A stretch of 64,000 nt of DNA. Source: a virus. The notes below the pieces were generated by a model that saw nothing but the letters and a program-made list of their open reading frames with translations, did not search any database and was not told the origin of the DNA. The stretch is from IMG/VR virus record IMGVR_UViG_3300024346_000010; one strand, written 5' to 3'. The translations under genes and the position numbers were made by a program. Shown here piece after piece: positions 55,760-64,000 of this stretch. How positions within the stretch are numbered: the first letter of the stretch is position 1; each line of letters starts with the position of its first letter.

Positions 55760-56887
55760 ATGAATGAACTTAAATCTTTTTATTGGTCTAATGATTCTAA
55801 AAAAATATTAAAAACAGAAGGTTGGAAAATACACTTTGCCGATGGAACATCTGAATTTGATGTGCTTGCAGGAGGATTGTCCTTTATATGTGGTCAAGGA
55901 AATAGAGATATTTTAGAAGGCTTAGAGGATGCTATTTGTCAAGTTTCCCGTAGCCAGTCTAATAAAGGGCATTATACTGACTCTATTGTGAAAGCCGGAG
56001 AAATTTTAACACAAGGAATGTGGCATTCGCATTCGTGGGCGCTTTCTGGCACCAACGCAGTAGAAGCAGCAATTTCAATGAGTGACGAATATTGGGCTGA
56101 ATTGGGAGAATATAAGCCACATATTGTATCTTTTCCTTTCGCTTGGCATGGATCCAGTTATCTTGCAAAGTCTTTAGGAACTCCTGAGATTCTTTCACAC
56201 GTATCTAGTAGAGTTAAACACGCGACTGAAGAATCTCTTGAAGATATTTTAGATCAAAATCATGTGGGTTGTATTATTTTTGAAACTTCCACTTTTATGA
56301 ATGGTATCAGACCTAGACCTAGGTCTTTCTGGAAGAGAATAAGAGATATCTGTGATGAAAGAGATATTCTTATGATCACTGATGATGTAGCTTCTTGTTG
56401 GGGAAGATGTAAAGATTATCACACTTATAATGTTAGCGGATATGGAATTCAGCCTGATATATCAGCCGTCGGTAAAGCTTTAACTGGCGGTTATTCGCCT
56501 CTTGGGGCGGCATTGTGTAATGATAAAGTTGGTGAAGTTATATCTAAACCAGGCGTATGGAAATATCCAGGTACATGGCAACCATCAATGGTGGGTATTC
56601 ATTTAATGATCAATACTTATAATTATATGACTACTAATAACCTTATCGCTAATACATATAATATTGAAAATCATTTGGATATTTTAGGAAAACGTCTAAT
56701 TGATAAAGAAGTAATTGATGACTATAGACTGCACGGCGCTTTCTTTGCATTTGATTTAAAAGATCAAGTAAATGCGAGTGGATATAGCTCTACTAAGACT
56801 GAAGCCAATACTATTAAAGGTTGTGCTCCATTAATAGCAAACGAAGAGTACTTTAAGGAACTCGAAACATATGTCTATCAAAGTTAA
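55760..56887 (+). CDS. class III PLP aminotransferase
   Basis: SGTNAVEAA, WHG, DDVASCWGR, PDISAVGKALTGG. Confidence 0.9.
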   Translation: MNELKSFYWSNDSKKILKTEGWKIHFADGTSEFDVLAGGLSFICGQGNRDILEGLEDAICQVSRSQSNKGHYTDSIVKAGEILTQGMWHSHSWALSGTNAVEAAISMSDEYWAELGEYKPHIVSFPFAWHGSSYLAKSLGTPEILSHVSSRVKHATEESLEDILDQNHVGCIIFETSTFMNGIRPRPRSFWKRIRDICDERDILMITDDVASCWGRCKDYHTYNVSGYGIQPDISAVGKALTGGYSPLGAALCNDKVGEVISKPGVWKYPGTWQPSMVGIHLMINTYNYMTTNNLIANTYNIENHLDILGKRLIDKEVIDDYRLHGAFFAFDLKDQVNASGYSSTKTEANTIKGCAPLIANEEYFKELETYVYQS

Positions 56888-58487
56888 GTTTCTAGCATTT
56901 AGCTATACTAAACCATATTCGTTCAATCCTGTTGCATTTTGGCTCCGTTCTTTTTATAAGAAAAACGGCAAGCATTATGACAAATTTGAATGGCTTCCTA
57001 CAGAATATTTCTATGATGAATCCGTTGTAGATAAAATCATAGATGAAGAGACAAATATTCTCTGCCTGTCAGTTTATATTTGGAACTTCGAAAGTATGAT
57101 GAAAGTCGCCGAAGAAGCTAAAGCTAGAAACCCAGGTCTTATCATATATGTCGGCGGGCCAGAATGTCATGCTCATACCGAAGACGATTGGTTTGAAAAA
57201 TACCCATTTGTAGATTTTGCAATATATGGTGATGGCGAAAAGGCCTTCGCTGATCTTCTTGATTGGGAAATTGAATCACCGACATTTTTATCAGATATTC
57301 CAAACATAGTGTATAGAGATCATAAATCAAAGCATCAAATTTTTAGGTTTAGGGAATACGAAGAATACAGTCCATATTTGGATTTAAAAGAAGATTTTCT
57401 TTCTGATTATAAATCATTTAAATCTAAAGTCGATGATGCGTTTGTGTATCTTCCATACGAGCGTACCCGTGGATGCATGTATTCATGCGCGTTTTGTGAT
57501 TGGCAAGGTGGTTTACATTACAAGGTCAATAGACGCATAAACGATTATAAGCCTGAGATTGATTTCTTTGTTGATAATAATATTAGAACAATGCACATTG
57601 ATGCTAATGTTGGAATGGATAAAGAAGATATTCCATTATACGAATATGTTTATGATAAGATGCAAGAAAATCAGTTAGAGTTTATCCCGACTGAACCAAG
57701 AAATATGGCAAAGCTCAATAAGGATAAAGTTGCTAAGATATATGATATCCTGTGCAAAGCTTCTCCAAACTATAATGTGAAAGTATCTCTACAATCCATC
57801 TATGAAGATGTTTTGTCTTATATTGAAAGACCTGATATTCCATGGGATCAACATAAGCAAATCATTATGAAAACAAAAGCTGATCACCCTGGAATTAAGG
57901 TTGTGCCTGAACTTATCATGGGTTTGCCTGGAATGACTTATGACAGGATTAATGAGACTCATCTTGAATTTACTGATATTCCTATGACTCACATATATGC
58001 ATATGAATGGATCTTGTTAAAGAAAGCTCCGGCGTACTCTAAAGAATATAGAGATAAAAATAGCCTTACTGTAACTAAAACTTTCTATCCTGCTATTTTT
58101 ACTGGTTTGGATTCTGAAAGTATATCATATGATGATTTTATAGAAGATCCTAATATTCCTATCAATAAAAATCAGGCATATTTTATTGATATGGTATATG
58201 ATAAAACTCTAGGGATTAAAGGAGTAATTTATAATAAAATCATAACAAGGCTTTACAATAGAATGGCATATCATCCTGACTTTAGTCGTAAGTGGCTTAC
58301 TGAATATTTAAAAATGCATTCAGATTATTTTATTGATGTTGCTGAAAAAGAAGCCAAAATCCAAGATGAGTTTTTTTCAAATCATGGGTTTTATATTTGG
58401 GGAAAATGTGATATAATTGAAAACAAGATTAGAAATTATGAAGCTGTCATTGATCAGTATATAAACACAACTTTGGAAGGAATTTAA
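56871..58487 (+). CDS. B12-binding radical SAM enzyme
   Basis: SVYIWN, GGPE, GDGE, RGCMYSCAFCDW, ELIMGLPG. Confidence 0.9.
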   Translation: MSIKVKFLAFSYTKPYSFNPVAFWLRSFYKKNGKHYDKFEWLPTEYFYDESVVDKIIDEETNILCLSVYIWNFESMMKVAEEAKARNPGLIIYVGGPECHAHTEDDWFEKYPFVDFAIYGDGEKAFADLLDWEIESPTFLSDIPNIVYRDHKSKHQIFRFREYEEYSPYLDLKEDFLSDYKSFKSKVDDAFVYLPYERTRGCMYSCAFCDWQGGLHYKVNRRINDYKPEIDFFVDNNIRTMHIDANVGMDKEDIPLYEYVYDKMQENQLEFIPTEPRNMAKLNKDKVAKIYDILCKASPNYNVKVSLQSIYEDVLSYIERPDIPWDQHKQIIMKTKADHPGIKVVPELIMGLPGMTYDRINETHLEFTDIPMTHIYAYEWILLKKAPAYSKEYRDKNSLTVTKTFYPAIFTGLDSESISYDDFIEDPNIPINKNQAYFIDMVYDKTLGIKGVIYNKIITRLYNRMAYHPDFSRKWLTEYLKMHSDYFIDVAEKEAKIQDEFFSNHGFYIWGKCDIIENKIRNYEAVIDQYINTTLEGI

Positions 58488-58488
58488 T

Positions 58489-58701
58489 ATGTGGACTCCA
58501 TTTTTACTTGTATGTTACCTTCAGGGTATCGATGAGCCTGAAAAAATTTGTCGAACATACGTCCCAGAATATATCACAGCAACTGAGGATGATTGTAATT
58601 ATAGCTTAGGTATAGGCTATGCATTTGCCCAGACTCAGGGGTATGATATTGAAGGATATTACTGTCATGAATGGAATCCCGTTAAAGGAGAGAAACTCTA
58701 A
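58489..58701 (+). CDS. small Cys-rich protein
   Basis: MWT..LL.C..C..C..EGYYCHEW. Confidence 0.6.
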   Translation: MWTPFLLVCYLQGIDEPEKICRTYVPEYITATEDDCNYSLGIGYAFAQTQGYDIEGYYCHEWNPVKGEKL

Positions 58702-58937
58702 TGTCTGATTTTGACTTTGGCTTTACTGCCGTTGATGAAGACCAAATAGATTTTGTGGCGAATAGCCAACAAGTAGCGGAAGATGCTCAGAAAAGACTTG
58801 ATGCACTTTACAATGCAATTATGCCACTACTTACCAATCTACAAAAGAATCCTGAAAAAGAATATATTCTCTGGCCTGATCGCCTACAGAAGGTAGAGCA
58901 GTTCCGAGATCATCTAACAAAAATTTACGGAGGATAA
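58701..58937 (+). CDS. conserved T4-like hypothetical protein
   Basis: FDFGFTAVDE...NPEKEYILWPDR. Confidence 0.7.
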   Translation: MSDFDFGFTAVDEDQIDFVANSQQVAEDAQKRLDALYNAIMPLLTNLQKNPEKEYILWPDRLQKVEQFRDHLTKIYGG

Positions 58938-58941
58938 AATT

Positions 58942-59148
58942 ATGTGGACTGGAATACTATTACTCTGTGTAACTATAGATACAGGAACAAAATGCTCGGC
59001 ACATACATCAGGGCTATTTGCAGAAGATGAGCCGGAATGTTACGAGATGTTGGGAAATGGTATCCAGTACGTAGAGCGCCTCGGTTGGACAGTAGAAGGT
59101 TATTTGTGCCATAATTGGTATCCACAAAAAGAGGGTGAGGAATCATAA
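58942..59148 (+). CDS. small Cys-rich protein (paralog of 58489)
   Basis: MWT..LL.C..C..C..EGYLCHNW. Confidence 0.6.
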   Translation: MWTGILLLCVTIDTGTKCSAHTSGLFAEDEPECYEMLGNGIQYVERLGWTVEGYLCHNWYPQKEGEES

Positions 59149-59378
59149 TGAGCACAAAGGTTATAACAGAATATGCTGACTTTGAAGTTGATTTGGATGA
59201 GTGGACTGACGAAGAGCTTATTGATGAAATAGAAGACAGGGGCTATCAAGTAATACAAGAAGACCTTATTGAAAAAGAACTTACTCCAGAAGAACTTGAA
59301 GCTTTGCGTGAATATATTAGGGGTTATGAACCTGGAACCATTTTGTATTCAGTTTATGAGAAAATAAGGAAACGCTGA
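59148..59378 (+). CDS. hypothetical protein
   Basis: Coupled ORF. Confidence 0.6.
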   Translation: MSTKVITEYADFEVDLDEWTDEELIDEIEDRGYQVIQEDLIEKELTPEELEALREYIRGYEPGTILYSVYEKIRKR

Positions 59379-59587
59379 TGAGTATGTGTGGTGAACTAGA
59401 AAATTTAGATCGCGAAATTGACCAAGCAAAAATCAAACTAGAGTCTCTGCAGAGACGAAGAGACGATTTGCAGCGGCTGATTGATGAAGACAGAACTCCT
59501 AAACTGGATATGCATCTAGATCCCGCATTGCGCAATTGGGAATATGATGGATATGGGAATAAGGTTCCAAAAAATCATGGCGAATAA
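59378..59587 (+). CDS. hypothetical protein
   Basis: Coupled ORF. Confidence 0.6.
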   Translation: MSMCGELENLDREIDQAKIKLESLQRRRDDLQRLIDEDRTPKLDMHLDPALRNWEYDGYGNKVPKNHGE

Positions 59588-59753
59588 AATTAATGTGAAC
59601 GATCTCGGAAAAATGTTTGACATGGCATTTCCCGATGTTGATCGTGTAGAGATTATTGACTCTCATGGAAGATCATATGTCAATATGGATGTGAAAGAGT
59701 GTGGTCTTATGCTCCAAGATAACAATAAAACTCTAAAACTTTTTTTGAAATAA
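59577..59753 (+). CDS. hypothetical protein
   Basis: RVEIID..GRSYV...LQD...TLKLF. Confidence 0.6.
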   Translation: MANKINVNDLGKMFDMAFPDVDRVEIIDSHGRSYVNMDVKECGLMLQDNNKTLKLFLK

Positions 59754-59827
59754 TTCAAAATAAATGTTTACATTGGTGCTCTAATATAGTACTAATAGTG
59801 TGTAATCAAGATAAAGTGAGACACACA

Positions 59828-60112
59828 ATGAGCATCGCAAAAACAATTCACTCGCAAATCAAAACAATTGACTATTGGGCTTTGGGCGCTTGGGGCGCAA
59901 AAGACCTTGTTGCTATGAATGATGGTCTCAAGTTCAAATCTAGCGGTATGGTTGGCTGGAAAGGTCAAGTATACGTCAAATATAATGAAGGTACTGATCT
60001 TTATGATATTGAATTCTTTCGAATCCGCGGCGCAAAAGTTTTTGTTGATGATATCGTTGAGGGTGTTTTTGTTGAAGACCTCGTTAACGTAATTGATGCT
60101 CAGATTAAATAA
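59828..60112 (+). CDS. early hypothetical protein
   Basis: Downstream of TTTACA promoter. Confidence 0.65.
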   Translation: MSIAKTIHSQIKTIDYWALGAWGAKDLVAMNDGLKFKSSGMVGWKGQVYVKYNEGTDLYDIEFFRIRGAKVFVDDIVEGVFVEDLVNVIDAQIK

Positions 60113-60123
60113 GGAGATACATA

Positions 60124-60309
60124 ATGTCAGATCAATCTATATCACTTGCCGATGGCGTTAAATGGGCCAACTACATTTTGGAACACAGTGATGGACCAGA
60201 AGGTATGGTTCGAACCTGGGGTGACCAAGCCGCAAGAGGAACCGCAACTTGGGCTATGCTCAACAATCTAAAACAGCGTTATGAAGAAATGACTGGCAAA
60301 ACATCATGA
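60124..60309 (+). CDS. hypothetical protein
   Basis: SD AAGGAG. Confidence 0.6.
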   Translation: MSDQSISLADGVKWANYILEHSDGPEGMVRTWGDQAARGTATWAMLNNLKQRYEEMTGKTS

Positions 60310-60716
60310 ACATCAAACACTCACCAAAATTCGACATTCACGCAATTGAACAATTTTATACTGAAAAAGATGGTGTTGAGGTAAAATATGTCTGCACTTC
60401 CGCTATCGGATCAGAATCATCTGCGGGAGATATTTTCTACCGAGCAACGCCACATCCTGAGTTTGGCAATCGTTATTTTAGTCTGACGCATAATGGTAAA
60501 AATCTTATGGTTGGCAATGCCGATAAGATTGAAGAAGCCGAGTTTGGTATGGTTGAAGGTCCTGCTGGTTGGGAATACTCTCAACACCGTCACGACTACC
60601 GACAAGTTGGCAACTGTGCTGTTGATGGTGGCCGTTCATACTTTCGTCGTGTTGGAGACTTGAGTGCTCCTGCGAAATACATGAAACTTGTAGATGGCAA
60701 ATTTGTGGAGAAATAG
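60306..60716 (+). CDS. hypothetical protein
   Basis: YSQHRHDY...AVDGGRSY.R. Confidence 0.65.
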   Translation: MNIKHSPKFDIHAIEQFYTEKDGVEVKYVCTSAIGSESSAGDIFYRATPHPEFGNRYFSLTHNGKNLMVGNADKIEEAEFGMVEGPAGWEYSQHRHDYRQVGNCAVDGGRSYFRRVGDLSAPAKYMKLVDGKFVEK

Positions 60717-60717
60717 A

Positions 60718-61485
60718 ATGATTAATCTAATGCAAGGCGACTGCTTAGAGCGGATGAAAGACATCCCTGAAGGATCGGTTGACATGGTGTTGACTGATCC
60801 CCCTTATGGCACGACGTCCTGCAGGTGGGATATTGTTATCCCGTTTGAGCCTATGTGGGAGCAGTTGAAGCGTATCACTAAGCCATCTGGGGCTATTGTG
60901 TTGTTTGGTAGTGAACCCTTTAGTAGCACCTTGCGGCTGAGTAATGTAAAGCATTATAAACATGATATTTACTGGAAGAAGGAAAAGGCAACTAACTTCT
61001 TTCAATTAAAGAAGAGGGTTGGTAAGGTGACGGAGAATATATGTGTATTCTATGAATCTCAGCCCACATATAACCCACAAATGGTTAAGCACGAAGGGAA
61101 GTTAGTAACTAATAAAGCAAGAGGAACACACGACTCGGTTGTTTCGGGTAAGTCAAGTAAGGCAATAACGCCATATAAAGACACAGGTTATAGGTATCCT
61201 ATTGATATATTAGAGGTAAATAGAGTTCCATTAGGTAAAACTCAACACAACACTCAAAAGCCCGTCCCTCTCATGGAATGGCTTATCAAGACCTACACCA
61301 ACGAGGGTGAAACGGTGCTGGACTTCACAATGGGCAGCGGCTCAACGGGCGTAGCAGCTAAAAACCTTGGCCGTAGTTTCATCGGCATTGAGATGGATGA
61401 GAACTATTTCAATATTGCCAAGGAGCGGATTGATGGGGCAGAAAAACTTCGCCCGCAACCGCGACCGGAGGGAGAGACAGAATGA
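60718..61485 (+). CDS. DNA N6-adenine/N4-cytosine methyltransferase (beta class)
   Basis: GDCLE, TDPPY, H.TQKP, VLDFTMGSGSTG. Confidence 0.93.
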   Translation: MINLMQGDCLERMKDIPEGSVDMVLTDPPYGTTSCRWDIVIPFEPMWEQLKRITKPSGAIVLFGSEPFSSTLRLSNVKHYKHDIYWKKEKATNFFQLKKRVGKVTENICVFYESQPTYNPQMVKHEGKLVTNKARGTHDSVVSGKSSKAITPYKDTGYRYPIDILEVNRVPLGKTQHNTQKPVPLMEWLIKTYTNEGETVLDFTMGSGSTGVAAKNLGRSFIGIEMDENYFNIAKERIDGAEKLRPQPRPEGETE

Positions 61486-61763
61486 CTGCCTTGATCGGAA
61501 CAGACGAACTGCTAGACCGCATTAAAATGCTTGAGGCGGAAAACGAAAAACTACGCAAAGCGCTCGATATCTATCAACGTGAACGTGATCGCTATAAACA
61601 TGCAACCCCAGAAATGAGTGGGTTGTATTTCTTGACTGGTGGCCATGGACCTAAGGATGATAATCAAATGCCCCAGTTTGTGGAAATCTGTCCTGCATAT
61701 GGAGCGGGTTGGGTAATGATTTATGAAGATACTGGTCGCACTATTAGCTATGAGGGATCGTGA
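61482..61763 (+). CDS. hypothetical protein
   Basis: Coupled ORF. Confidence 0.6.
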   Translation: MTALIGTDELLDRIKMLEAENEKLRKALDIYQRERDRYKHATPEMSGLYFLTGGHGPKDDNQMPQFVEICPAYGAGWVMIYEDTGRTISYEGS

Positions 61764-61957
61764 TGAGCATGACAAGTAAAGCACAAGCCTATGATGTTCT
61801 GGTAAGAGAACTGTTTAGATTGCTTGATATCACAGAACAGACTGATGAAGGCAGATACTTTAGACCTAATGTAATCCATTCTCGTCGTGCAATGGATGCA
61901 GAAAAGCTAGAACAGGTTTTGAAAGACCTGAAAAACGTATTGGAGGATTGGGGATAA
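61760..61957 (+). CDS. hypothetical protein
   Basis: Coupled ORF. Confidence 0.55.
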   Translation: MMSMTSKAQAYDVLVRELFRLLDITEQTDEGRYFRPNVIHSRRAMDAEKLEQVLKDLKNVLEDWG

Positions 61958-62280
61958 TGTACAAGCCGGATAATTGGGTAATCATCAAACTCAAAGGAGA
62001 TGACCCGCATTATCGTGTTCTTGCGGGCTGGTCTGGAGGATACACGACTGGCGACTCTTGGCGTATGAACAGTGGTATTACAAAGGTAGAAGAAGATGAC
62101 AGCGCTTATTATTTCTCTGGTTCTAGTGGCTCTACATATCGTTGTGGTAAAGAGTCTTACACGCTAAGAATGAATAACGCTCATGTATGGGCTGCTCTTG
62201 AGCACCGTTATGGCGATAAAGTTGAACTGATGCCAGAAGATACTGATTTTATGAATATGGATTGGATTATTAAACAATAA
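61957..62280 (+). CDS. conserved phage hypothetical protein
   Basis: PDNWV, GWSGGY..GDSWRMNSGI, GSSGS.Y.C. Confidence 0.75.
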   Translation: MYKPDNWVIIKLKGDDPHYRVLAGWSGGYTTGDSWRMNSGITKVEEDDSAYYFSGSSGSTYRCGKESYTLRMNNAHVWAALEHRYGDKVELMPEDTDFMNMDWIIKQ

Positions 62281-62318
62281 TATGAAAGGTGAATTTAGGG
62301 GTTTACATCTCTGTTTGA

Positions 62319-62579
62319 TTGTGGTATAACGTCATGACAACAGCAATACTTAATACCGACGGCGGTGATGATAGTATGCTATTTCATATGCGAGTAGATG
62401 GCGTAACATTTACGGTCACATACTGGGACTATGATGAAATTTACACAAATGCCACATACGAAGATGTAGCCTTTGCCTTTGATATGACAATTAAAAGAAA
62501 TGATATAGAGCTTTCAGCAGAAAGCCTTGATCTTGCTATTAATCTTGTATTAGACTTCCTTACAACTGGAGAATTTTAA
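62319..62579 (+). CDS. hypothetical protein
   Basis: Downstream of TTTACA..TATAAC promoter; start uncertain. Confidence 0.5.
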   Translation: MWYNVMTTAILNTDGGDDSMLFHMRVDGVTFTVTYWDYDEIYTNATYEDVAFAFDMTIKRNDIELSAESLDLAINLVLDFLTTGEF

Positions 62580-63194
62580 ATGAAAGCTTATATCGGACCG
62601 TATAGACATCGCTGGGTGAGCTACGTCCATGACAAATACATGGATAAAAAATACGGAGTGCAGTGGAAAGAAAGCAGCACTAAGTTTGAGCATCTCCTAG
62701 AAAAGCTTGAAGATGGTTTGCAGTGGCTTTATAATATTACTATTAATCAAATCATAGACAGACGTAGTGATCAAAAAATCAAGGTTCGCGTTGACAAGCA
62801 TGACACTTGGGGAATGGATCACACTCTTTCTCATATCATTCTACCTATGCTTAAACAACTGAATGACACTAAACACGGTGCACCATTCGTAGGTGATGAA
62901 GATGTTCCAGAAGAACTTCGTAGCACATCTGCGCTGCCCAAAAAAGATCAATACGATTTGGACGACAATCACTTTAAGCGTTGGGACTGGGTCATGGATG
63001 AGATGATCTGGGCCTTTGAGCAGAAGCAAGATGATGATTGGGAAAGCTCTTATTACGAATACGAGGAAGATCCTTCTAGCATGTTTGGTCTAAAACTTGT
63101 TTGGTCAGACGATGAAGGTCGCAAAGCACACCAAGCACGTATGACCAACGGTTTCAAACTGTTTGGGAAATATTTTGAATCATTGTGGACGTAG
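62580..63194 (+). CDS. conserved phage hypothetical protein
   Basis: DTWGMDHTL..II.PMLKQL...KHGAP; GFKLFGKYF. Confidence 0.75.
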   Translation: MKAYIGPYRHRWVSYVHDKYMDKKYGVQWKESSTKFEHLLEKLEDGLQWLYNITINQIIDRRSDQKIKVRVDKHDTWGMDHTLSHIILPMLKQLNDTKHGAPFVGDEDVPEELRSTSALPKKDQYDLDDNHFKRWDWVMDEMIWAFEQKQDDDWESSYYEYEEDPSSMFGLKLVWSDDEGRKAHQARMTNGFKLFGKYFESLWT

Positions 63195-63833
63195 CTTACA
63201 ATTATCAAAGTGCCAACGCTTCATGTTGGCATATTGACCTTCTTTATCGCAATACGGACAAGTCAATTTCTTTTTGTTTTGGACACTTAATCTTTTTCTG
63301 ACGTTAGCTAGATGCGCATCATCAAATGGCTTTGGCTTGCCCTTATTTGCTTTTGATATTTTATTTTTTGTGTCTTCTGAATGGCTTAGTGTGCCATTTC
63401 TTCTCTTACCTTCAATGGTTTTTCTAATCGACTCTTCAGATTTCTTCTTCCCAGTATGGGAACGTGATCTTTTCAAGTTGGACTCTTCTGTTTGTGTCCA
63501 AGTTTTACCATTCTTCTTTTTGGTTTCAACTAGTTTTTTGTAATTTATATTTTGCGAGCTATCGCCGCCAGTACCAGTTTCGACCATAAGATTAGCCCAC
63601 TCTTTGCTCTCCACAACATTCCAAATATTGCTAAAAAACACCCCGGTTTCTTTTATTTCTTCTTTCAATTCGGTGACTAGCAAAATTTGAGTTGTTATAT
63701 CATCTCCATGTTTTTTGATATGTCGTAACCAATACTTGCCCGACCCTTTGTAAATCTCAGGATCCTTGGTTGTCTTTCCCAGATATTTCAATCCAGTTTT
63801 GTTATGCGTCTTAACGTATAAATAAATATTCAT
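63180..63833 (-). mobile_element. free-standing GIY-YIG (Seg-like) homing endonuclease with NUMOD3-type repeats
   Basis: IYLYVK..TGLKYLGKT..YKGSG; HSEDTKNKIS repeat; C-terminal CPYC..WHFDNC; minus-strand GGAG SD and TATAAATA promoter. Confidence 0.85.
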
Positions 63834-63899
63834 GCTGTTACTCCAAAGTTGTAATAGAGTAGATGGGAATTCTTGGCGGTCTTCCGCGATCTACATTAC

Positions 63900-63907
63900 T
63901 ATTTATA
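63900..63907 (-). promoter_or_regulatory. T4-type late promoter for the endonuclease
   Basis: TATTTATA on + strand = TATAAATA on - strand. Confidence 0.65.
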
Positions 63908-64000
63908 TAAAAAGTAGTTACCACTTCTATAAATAACACCATAATATTACGAAAATTTGTGGGATTAACCGCATTTTTTTTGTTTACAGTCTCCTTATGA

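Noticed and set aside
879-63029. Numerous minus-strand and alternate-frame ORFs in the track (e.g. 879-1301, 4373-4909, 5192-5698, 29918-30550)
   Set aside because: They shadow well-supported + strand genes or RNAs and lack SD sequences and motifs.
1-64000. Stop-codon reassignment
   Set aside because: Conserved genes are intact in the standard code and end in TAA, TAG or TGA; no suppressor anticodon among the tRNAs.

Overview
64 kb of a large, AT-rich T4-like (myovirus-type) phage genome, almost entirely + strand. The host is probably a marine alphaproteobacterium, inferred from a circularly permuted, alphaproteobacterial-type tmRNA gene. Core genes: gp41 helicase, thyX, dNMP kinase, nrdB/nrdA, RNase H, phoH, DenV-like glycosylase and spanins. 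Accessory content: a secreted-protein operon with pilin/chaperone-like members; lipase and nuclease; carbamoyltransferase, desaturase and oxygenase islands; a glycosyl/sulfo/methyl-transferase cluster; a late block of probable capsid-packaged proteins; a cluster of about 17 tRNAs with several non-canonical tRNAs and unknown structured RNAs; SpeD; a class III aminotransferase with a B12 radical SAM enzyme; a DNA methyltransferase; and a minus-strand GIY-YIG homing endonuclease. Most notable: (1) a 34-codon leader peptide containing all 20 amino acids, coupled to a terminator/antiterminator inside the tRNA region (candidate general tRNA-depletion attenuator); (2) a two-piece tmRNA whose intervening segment carries an SD-led ORF that would become a non-stop mRNA after processing; (3) early promoters whose -35 box sits in the loop of sequence-unrelated hairpins; (4) a pilus-like secreted operon. 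All protein calls come from reading motifs by eye; no database searches were run.
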